From: Betaproteobacteria bacterium
GTDB lineage: Bacteria; Pseudomonadota; Gammaproteobacteria; Burkholderiales; SG8-41
Reading direction: 5' to 3'
DNA length: 64,000 nucleotides
NCBI GenBank assembly: GCA_025363435.1
Contig: JANYDY010000090.1
Location: forward strand, 24,030-88,029
Position numbers and translations under genes: made by a program. This document shows, in pieces, positions 37,921 to 44,667 of the stretch (its first letter is position 1; the number at the start of each line of letters is the position of its first letter). The notes under the pieces were generated by a model. That model was given only the letters and a program-made list of their open reading frames with translations, was not told where the DNA came from and did not search any database.

Positions 37921-38772
37921 CTACTTTCTCTTCACATGGGCTTCGAGTTCAAGGAAGGACGGACGCTCGGTCGAGTAGAGCACCTTGCGGCCGAATTCCA
38001 CCGCCAGCGCCGGCGAATAACCGTTCAGGCTGGCGAGCAGCGTGACCTTGATGCATTCGAGCATCTTGCTCGACTCGACGAGTTTCTGTTCGAGCAGGCT
38101 CGACAGCGGACCGACAAAACCATAGGCCAGCAAAATGCCGAGGAAGGTGCCGACCAGCGCGTGTGCAATCAGCATGCCGAGTTCCGACGGCGGAATGCCG
38201 ACCGATTCCATGGTGTGCACGACACCCATCACTGCCGCCACAATGCCGAACGCCGGCAGACCGTCGCCGAGCTTCGCCACGCAATGCACCGGCACCTCGC
38301 CTTCCTGATGGTGTGTGCCGATTTCGTTGTCCATCAGATTTTCGATTTCCATCGCGTTAAGGTTGCCACCAACCATCAAACGCAGGTAGTCGGTCATAAA
38401 TTCCAGCACGTGATGGTCGGCGCTCACATTGGGGTACTTCGCGAACAGCGGGCTCTGGCCCGGATTCTCGACATCACCCTCGATCGTCATCAGGCCCTCT
38501 TTGCGCACCTTGGCCAGAATGTCGTAGAGCAGCGCCATCAGATCCATATAAAGCTGCTTCGAATACTTCGAGCCCTTCAGTACCGACGGCAAAGCCTTCA
38601 GCGTGGCCTTGATGGCCTTGCCGTTGTTGCCGACGAGAAAAGCGCCGGTGGCGGCGCCGCCGATCATCAGCAGCTCAAGCGGCTGAAACAGCGCGCCGAG
38701 GTGACCGCCGGCCATGGCGAAGCCGCCGAAAACCGAAGCCATTACGATGAGGTATCCGACGATCACCAGCAC
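37921..38772 (-). CDS. motA: Flagellar stator protein MotA
   Basis: 283 aa, 4 TM, MotA/ExbB family (GIVAAVMGVVHTM...LIAHALVGTFLGILLAYGFVGP). Confidence 0.95.
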   Translation of the reverse strand: MLVIVGYLIVMASVFGGFAMAGGHLGALFQPLELLMIGGAATGAFLVGNNGKAIKATLKALPSVLKGSKYSKQLYMDLMALLYDILAKVRKEGLMTIEGDVENPGQSPLFAKYPNVSADHHVLEFMTDYLRLMVGGNLNAMEIENLMDNEIGTHHQEGEVPVHCVAKLGDGLPAFGIVAAVMGVVHTMESVGIPPSELGMLIAHALVGTFLGILLAYGFVGPLSSLLEQKLVESSKMLECIKVTLLASLNGYSPALAVEFGRKVLYSTERPSFLELEAHVKRK

Positions 38773-38960
38773 GGCGCTGCCCCTTAATCCAGTTTCACGT
38801 TCGCACGGTCGAATTGCCGGCGCCTCAGGCGCGGCAATCCGTGCATGTGAAGAATAGCCCCGGCGCGGTGCGGGTGAACCCGTAAATAGGCGGGTAAAGT
38901 GCCCGCTGTTTTACGCGTCTGACGCGACGCACCGAGTGTGCGACGCTGTTGTCAGGCCGG

Positions 38961-39575
38961 TTAGCTTACGCGTGCCGCGGCAACGCGCAGCTTGCTGCCG
39001 ATGAGCGCAGGCGCGGGCAGTTTCAATGCGGCACCTGCACTGACAGCGGCGGCCGCGGCGGCCTGGCGTGTTTTGCCGGCGCGCGACGGCACATGGCAAA
39101 GACCGCAGACGTAACCGCGATGCAAATCCATCGCATGCACAACGAAGTAGCCGCCGCATTCGGTGCACGGCACCGTGGTCAGCATCTTCGCATCGAGAAA
39201 ACGGATCAGGCTCCAGGCGCGGGTCAGGCTCAACACTGATTCAAGATTGTTGACTTCGACGTGTTCGAGATAGAGACGGTAGGCTTTGACAATCGCCTCG
39301 ATGCCGCTCAATCCGGCGTTTTTGCCGAGGTAGCGGTAGATATCGATAAACAGCGAGGAGTGTATGTTCGGCTGCCAGCTCATGAACCAGTCGGTCGAAA
39401 AAGGCAGCATGCCCTTGGGCGGCGACACGCCTTTGACTTCCTTGTAGAGGTTAAGCAGACGTTCGCGGCTGAGATTGGTCTCGGCTTCGAGAACCTGCAG
39501 ACGCGCGCCAAGATTTACCAGCTCGATTGCAAGCTGAATCTGTTTTGATTCCGTCACGACGCTTTTGTTGCGCAT
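38961..39575 (-). CDS. flhC: Flagellar master regulator subunit FlhC
   Basis: 204 aa. QLAIELVNLGARLQVLEAETNLSRERLLNLYKEVKG; zinc-site cysteines CTECGGYFVVH...YVCGLCHVP. Confidence 0.93.
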   Translation of the reverse strand: MRNKSVVTESKQIQLAIELVNLGARLQVLEAETNLSRERLLNLYKEVKGVSPPKGMLPFSTDWFMSWQPNIHSSLFIDIYRYLGKNAGLSGIEAIVKAYRLYLEHVEVNNLESVLSLTRAWSLIRFLDAKMLTTVPCTECGGYFVVHAMDLHRGYVCGLCHVPSRAGKTRQAAAAAAVSAGAALKLPAPALIGSKLRVAAARVS

Positions 39576-39609
39576 GGCTGTGCTCCAAGTTGGCGGAATA
39601 AAGATTCGA

Positions 39610-39927
39610 TCAGGCGAGGCCGGCGGCCGGCTGACCCGCCATCAACACAGCGGCATGCGAAGCGGTCATCGGCTTGTTTGTGTTGTGGTCGGTAAGCAAA
39701 CCGAGTATCGCGCGGTCGTCGCAGCGGAAACGGCACATCAACATATTGGACGCCGCCATCTTCATGATCTGGCCGGGCGACAGCTGATCAAGAATTTCCG
39801 CGACCTCCTGGCTAATGCCGAGACGAAACACGGCGGTTGCAATATCCATGCGGATCATTTGCTGCGCGAGCAGCAGGTAAGCCAGATTGGTTTCGCGGAT
39901 TTCGCCCAGCAGTTGATCTTTGCTCAT
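39610..39927 (-). CDS. flhD: Flagellar master regulator subunit FlhD
   Basis: 105 aa. LLGEIRETNLAYLLLAQQMIRMDIATAVFRLGISQEVAEIL. Confidence 0.93.
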   Translation of the reverse strand: MSKDQLLGEIRETNLAYLLLAQQMIRMDIATAVFRLGISQEVAEILDQLSPGQIMKMAASNMLMCRFRCDDRAILGLLTDHNTNKPMTASHAAVLMAGQPAAGLA

Positions 39928-40045
39928 GACCCTCTCCTTTAAATGTCGCGTTGACGTTTACGATGGAGTGAATCATGCGCGCCGCTGCGTGAAAACTTAA
40001 TCGGACAGATTCGATGAATTGACCTGCTTGATGCGCGTTATGTTT

Positions 40046-40064
40046 TGTAGGAAGACTTCCTACA
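40046..40064. promoter_or_regulatory. 19-bp perfect palindrome in the flhDC upstream region
   Basis: TGTAGGAAG-a-CTTCCTACA (9-bp arms), ~120-135 nt upstream of the flhD start codon. Confidence 0.35.
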
Positions 40065-40251
40065 TCGCCGGCACGCCCGCAATCGAAGTCGTTATGCGTC
40101 CATGACTTGCGTGATTCGACTCAACGAAAGTCTGAGCAGCAAACTGCAAACCGCGAATTACCGCGCGTTTTACCGGGCTGTTTGCAGCGTCAATCCACGC
40201 GCACCGGCCGTATCCTGCGTCAAGTCACGGGGAACACCAGACAGGAACACT

Positions 40252-40386
40252 ATGGCGGTCATTGCGGTATTCAATCAAAAAAGCGGCGACGACAAAACCA
40301 CCCCCGCACTGAGCGTCAGTGCGGGGTTTGCCATACTCAAGCGCGATCGGATTGCGATTGATCCCGATGCGCAGCAAGGACATTTA
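40252..40386 (+). pseudogene. ParA/MinD-like N-terminal remnant with mutated Walker A
   Basis: MAVIAVFNQKSGDDKTTPALSVSAGFAILKRDRIAIDPDAQQGHL mirrors the ParA N-terminus (IAVxNQKGGVGKTTTAxNLAAxLA...IDLDPQGN), with KGGVGKTT changed to KSGDDKTT. Similarity ends before the convergent Fur-family gene, in all three frames. Confidence 0.4.
40302..40326 (-). terminator. Hairpin downstream of the Irr-like gene
   Basis: Perfect 11-bp stem CCCCGCACTGA-gcg-TCAGTGCGGGG, followed on the minus strand by GTGGTTTTG. It lies inside the parA-like remnant. Confidence 0.35.
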
Positions 40387-40460
40387 CGCATGTGCGCCGG
40401 CCAACCCGGGCGCGCGCGACTACGCGGCGCCAGTGCGCAAACCCGGCAGTGGCGGATTTT

Positions 40461-40883
40461 TCAATTCGTGCGCGAACGAATGCGCACAATCACATCAACG
40501 CCCTCGGCAACCGCGCCATGCGGCAGCGGCGGCAAACCGGTGACTGCGATGGCGCGCGCGTCGATATCCGTGAGTTCGCCGGTATCAACATCGTAGAAGT
40601 GATGGTGCGGCGCAGTGTTCGGGTCGTAGAACACTTTGCCCGGCGCCGCGATCACCTCGCGTATGAGCTTGTGCTCAACAAACAGTTTCAGCGTGTTGTA
40701 AACAGTCGCCTTCGAGGTTTCAGTGGCGCGATCATTGGCCAGCGCGAGTATGCGATCGGCCGAAACGTGCTCGCAGCGCGACAGGATGGCATGCGCAATC
40801 TCAATACGCTGATGCGTCGGGCTGATGCCGTGCTCACGCAGCAGTGCGGGCAGGCTTTCGCGTGTGTAGGTGTTTTGTTCCAT
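40461..40883 (-). CDS. Fur-family transcriptional regulator, Irr-like (HHH motif, no Cys-based metal site)
   Basis: 140 aa. Winged-helix ATVYNTLKLFVEHKLIREV, then KVFYDPNTAPHHHFYDVDTGELTDI...GLPPLPHGAVAEGVDVIVRIR. By recollection this follows the rhizobial Irr pattern (YFDTN..HHHF...LP.PP.G..I..VDV.IRLR). Confidence 0.8.
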   Translation of the reverse strand: MEQNTYTRESLPALLREHGISPTHQRIEIAHAILSRCEHVSADRILALANDRATETSKATVYNTLKLFVEHKLIREVIAAPGKVFYDPNTAPHHHFYDVDTGELTDIDARAIAVTGLPPLPHGAVAEGVDVIVRIRSRTN

Positions 40884-41217
40884 GATCCGGCTCCAAGCGC
40901 GACTGATTCTAGGCCAACAATTGGACTCTGTCTAATTCGCAAATATCGTTCGCGTTGGTGCCTGTGCGCTGCCACAGCGCGCCGGCGTGTGACTTATCGC
41001 ACAGCGGCATTGCGCGCTGCGTCTGCAAGCGCCCCGGTGCTAGAATTCGAAGCGGCGCTCTGCCAACCAGAAATCAATTTAACTCATTGTTTTTGTTTTT
41101 AAATAATGCGTCAATTTCACGCGATTTCCGTTCATTCCAACAGAGTGACCGCTTATCGGTAAAGCGTGGAATTGCCCGTCCATCGTCATTAACATGCCAA
41201 CGTCTGGGGAGTAAATC

Positions 41218-41697
41218 ATGCAACGTTCTTCCGGCTTTACCTTGATAGAACTGATGATCACTTGTGCGATCGTGGCGATTCTTGTCGCCGTCGCACTGCC
41301 TTCCTACCAGCAACACATGATCCGCGCGGTGCGCTCCGCCGGACAGCAGTTTTTGCTCGATCTCGCGCAGCGCCAGGAACAGTACTTCATCGACGTGCGC
41401 TGGTACGCTGCGGGCATCGCCACCACATCGACTGCGACCAAGATCACGATGTCGACGCCTGACACCGTTGCTGCAAAATATCAGGCGCCGGCATTTACGG
41501 TGCCAGTGCAGGCTGCCGGTGTAGTGCCGACGTTTACCATATGCCTTGCGCCGATCGCCGGCGGCACAGTCAGCACGGACGGCAGACTGTGCACCAACAA
41601 TGCCGGACAGCGCTGGCGCGAAGTCGACAGCAACAGCGCCTACGACAGCGCCAAAGATTGCCTCTGGGAACGCAACACGTGTACGCCGACTCCGTGA
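41218..41697 (+). CDS. pilE: Type IV pilin-like protein (PilE-type)
   Basis: 159 aa. Prepilin leader MQRSSG|FTLIELMITCAIVAILVAVALPSYQ. Confidence 0.85.
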   Translation: MQRSSGFTLIELMITCAIVAILVAVALPSYQQHMIRAVRSAGQQFLLDLAQRQEQYFIDVRWYAAGIATTSTATKITMSTPDTVAAKYQAPAFTVPVQAAGVVPTFTICLAPIAGGTVSTDGRLCTNNAGQRWREVDSNSAYDSAKDCLWERNTCTPTP

Positions 41698-42293
41698 CGA
41701 CGGCAACATGGCGGCGCGCTGCGGCGCGCGGCTTCACGCTCATCGAACTGATGATCGTGCTGGCGATCGTTGCCACACTGATCGCCATCGGGTTGCCGAA
41801 CATGGCCGATTTTGTCGCCGAACAACGCGTGCGCAGCGTGACCTCCGATATTGCTTCGCAAATTGCCTATGCACGCGCCAAATCAGTCGAACTGGGCCGC
41901 CGCGTTTACATACAGCGGCTCGGCGCCGACTGGAACAGCGGCTGGCGCATCTTTGCCGACCTCAACAACAATCTAACCTACGACGCCGGCGAAGAACTCC
42001 AGCAGTTCAACGGCTTTGGTACCGGTACCGGCAGCGCAACCGGCCGGCTGTATGTGTGCAGCACGGTCGCCGATTTCGCCACCAATGTGATTTTCCGCCC
42101 CGACGGGCGCGTCGTCCGCTCAGGCACCGCAACCACCGCAGCCGACGGCATTTATGTCGTCGACCCGATGGGCGACACTGATCCCTGCAATAACAAAACC
42201 CGCGCCGTGCTGTTCGATCTTTCCGGTCGCGTCAATTCCCGCATCATCACCAGCGGCTCGGCGAGTTGCAAAGGGGTGACGCCACCATGCTGA
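41694..42293 (+). CDS. fimT: Type IV pilus minor pilin FimT/GspH family
   Basis: The in-frame GTG at 41694 (GTGA overlap with the pilE stop) gives VTTATWRRAAARG|FTLIELMIVLAIVATLIAIGLPNM. GspH-type body (RSVTSDIASQIAYARAKSVELGRRVYI). Confidence 0.8.
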   Translation: MTTATWRRAAARGFTLIELMIVLAIVATLIAIGLPNMADFVAEQRVRSVTSDIASQIAYARAKSVELGRRVYIQRLGADWNSGWRIFADLNNNLTYDAGEELQQFNGFGTGTGSATGRLYVCSTVADFATNVIFRPDGRVVRSGTATTAADGIYVVDPMGDTDPCNNKTRAVLFDLSGRVNSRIITSGSASCKGVTPPC

Positions 42294-42964
42294 AACGCCG
42301 CGGCTTTACCATGATCGAGGTGCTCGTCACGCTGGTCATCCTGATGTTCGGGCTGCTGGGTATTGCCGGTCTGATGGCGCGGGGCCAGCGCGCGGCATTC
42401 GAAGCCTTTCAGCGCCAGCAGGCGCTCTCACTCGCCGGCGATATGGCCGAACGCATACTCGGCAACCGTCAGCAGGCGGGCAACTATGCCGCAGCGGCGC
42501 CGCTGGTTACGCCGGTCGGCAATAACTACGGCCTTTTTTATGCCGACCTGCTGAAAAACAACATCACCAATTGCGCCACCGCCGTGTGCACCAGCCTCGA
42601 ACTGCAGCGCTACGACGTTGCGATGTGGGAAGGCCAGTTGCTCGGTTACAGCGAAAACCTCGCCGTCGGCGGCAATCGGGTCGGCGGCATTTTGAATGCC
42701 AACGGTTGCATCGTGCAACTCGCCTCGACAGTGGCGAGCTGCCCGGCTGCACCGGCACCCGTCGGCAATGTGTTTACGCGCACACTGCGCATCAGCGTTG
42801 CCTGGCAAGGCAGCGAAGATACCGGGAGCCCCAGCGTTGTTGCCAACATGACCTGCGGCACCGGCCTCTACCGGAGCCGCAATAACCTTGGCGTCTACGT
42901 TGTATCCGAGGCGAGTCGCCGCCTGGTCGCCACCGACGTTAACGTTCTGGAAAACTGCCCATGA
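42287..42964 (+). CDS. pilV: Type IV pilus minor pilin PilV
   Basis: The ATG at 42287 gives MLKRRG|FTMIEVLVTLVILMFGLLGIAGL, a PilV-type N-terminus. Confidence 0.85.
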   Translation: MLKRRGFTMIEVLVTLVILMFGLLGIAGLMARGQRAAFEAFQRQQALSLAGDMAERILGNRQQAGNYAAAAPLVTPVGNNYGLFYADLLKNNITNCATAVCTSLELQRYDVAMWEGQLLGYSENLAVGGNRVGGILNANGCIVQLASTVASCPAAPAPVGNVFTRTLRISVAWQGSEDTGSPSVVANMTCGTGLYRSRNNLGVYVVSEASRRLVATDVNVLENCP

Positions 42965-44103
42965 TGCGCGCATCCATGACTGCGATGCGACAGGCCGGCC
43001 TGTCGCTGATTGAAATGATGATCGGCCTGGCGATCGGGTTGTTCCTGACGCTCGGGCTGTTCACGCTGATCGCCAATTCATCCAATGCGTTCAAGATTCA
43101 GGATGATTTTGCGCGCATGCAGGAAAACGCAACCGCTGCCATGCGTTATATCGGCGCCTCGGTGCGACAGGCCGGGTTCTACGGCTACGTGCAGGACGCC
43201 ACCTCGCTCAACCTGTCCTACGGCGCTGTCAGCACCGCCACCGACTGCGGCTCAGCGACGAATCTGCCGTTGACGAATTGGGCGTTCGAAGTCAGACAAC
43301 CGATTTTCGGCCTGGTGGGGCTGACGCAGGCGGACGTGAATATCGTATTGCCGTGCATCCTCGCCAGCAACTACTATTCCGCACCCGCTGCCGGCCAGCA
43401 GATACTGGTGACGCGCGGCTCGAACGGCTATCGAATTCCCGATCCAAACGGCGACGGCAATCTTACCGATGGCGTTGCCGCAGAGCGTAACGGTGCAACA
43501 ACGATTTACGTGCAGTCAGACCCCGGTGAAGGTCTGCTTTTCGCGGGCGCAAATTACGCCGCTCTCAGAGCCGCCGGCCGCACGCGCACCCTGCCGGGCG
43601 CCATCGTGCGCGATGCAGACATTTTCGAGTACGCCGCGCATGTCTATTACATCCGGCCGTGCAGCCGCTTCGCCAGCGGCACTGCCTGCACGGCGGCGGC
43701 CGACGACGGCAAACCGATTCCCACACTGGTCAGACAGGAACTCGTCGCCAGCGTGATGACCGAAGTCGCCCTCGCCGAAGGCATCGAACGCATGAGCCTG
43801 CTCTACGGCGTAGACAATGCGCCGGCCGGTTCACCCGACGGCGTCGCAGATACTTTTACTGCAACACCCGCCACCGCCGACTGGGCCAACATCGTGGCGG
43901 TGCGCGTCGCCCTGCTGGTGCGTTCGAGCACGCCGACCGGGCAATATGACGATTCAGCCAAGACCTATGATCTCAATGGCGACAACGTCACCGACTATCG
44001 CTGCACGCTTGACACGATTACACCTGCGGCGTGCAGCTACAAACGCAAGGTTTTCTCGCAACTGTTCCAGTTGCGCAATGTCGCCCAACGCCGAGGCCTG
44101 TGA
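42961..44103 (+). CDS. pilW: Type IV pilus minor pilin PilW
   Basis: 380 aa. MRQAG|LSLIEMMIGLAIGLFLTLGLFTLI; ATGA overlap with pilV. Confidence 0.85.
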   Translation: MMRASMTAMRQAGLSLIEMMIGLAIGLFLTLGLFTLIANSSNAFKIQDDFARMQENATAAMRYIGASVRQAGFYGYVQDATSLNLSYGAVSTATDCGSATNLPLTNWAFEVRQPIFGLVGLTQADVNIVLPCILASNYYSAPAAGQQILVTRGSNGYRIPDPNGDGNLTDGVAAERNGATTIYVQSDPGEGLLFAGANYAALRAAGRTRTLPGAIVRDADIFEYAAHVYYIRPCSRFASGTACTAAADDGKPIPTLVRQELVASVMTEVALAEGIERMSLLYGVDNAPAGSPDGVADTFTATPATADWANIVAVRVALLVRSSTPTGQYDDSAKTYDLNGDNVTDYRCTLDTITPAACSYKRKVFSQLFQLRNVAQRRGL

Positions 44104-44597
44104 TGCCCAACCAACATTCCGTGCAACGCCAGCGCGGCGCCGTGCTGATCGTCAGCCTGATCATGCTTTCGGTGATGACGCTGTTTGTTATTTCCATGCT
44201 CAGAACGTCGATACTCGAATTGAAAATCGGCGGCTCAAGCCACGTCGCGGCACTCAATTTTGCCAATGCCGAATATGCAATCAACAAATGGATCAACGAT
44301 AACAACGGCCGTCTCGCACCGAATTTCCTCGGTTTGACGCCGCTGTCCGCCGGCTGCAGCAACTCGACGTCCGGCGCCGGCCAGTGCACCGACCCGCCAA
44401 CCGTGTTCGGTGGCACCGTCGCGCTGACGCCGACGCAGATTCACTGTGGTCCGTGGGCGAATTTCGGCAGCATGATGGGCGCGGCGCAATTGACCGCCGC
44501 ACGCTTCGACCTGCGCGCGCTGGCCACCGGTACGCTCGGCGGCAGCACGCTGGTGCATCAGGGCGTGCAATCGCTCGCACCGCCCGGCTCCTGTTAA
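44103..44597 (+). CDS. pilX: Type IV pilus minor pilin PilX
   Basis: The ATG at 44103 (TGATG overlap with pilW) gives MPNQHSVQRQRGAVLIVSLIMLSVMTLFVISML, the PilX_N pattern. Confidence 0.8.
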   Translation: MPNQHSVQRQRGAVLIVSLIMLSVMTLFVISMLRTSILELKIGGSSHVAALNFANAEYAINKWINDNNGRLAPNFLGLTPLSAGCSNSTSGAGQCTDPPTVFGGTVALTPTQIHCGPWANFGSMMGAAQLTAARFDLRALATGTLGGSTLVHQGVQSLAPPGSC

Positions 44598-44667
44598 TTC
44601 CAGAATTTATTTTGCAGCCATCCCGAATTTTTCGAATTTGTCGTAGTCCAGCCAAACGAGGTCCGCC

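Noticed and set aside
38884-38914. Sigma-28-like TAAA-N15-CCCGCCTA on the minus strand upstream of motA
   Set aside because: Only the TAAA and ~4/8 of the -10 match. This is not distinguishable from chance.
40102-40596. 164-aa plus-strand ORF taken as an intact gene
   Set aside because: Only ~45 codons (40252-40386) look ParA-like. The rest is antisense to the Irr-like gene and has no protein-like pattern. It is treated as a remnant.
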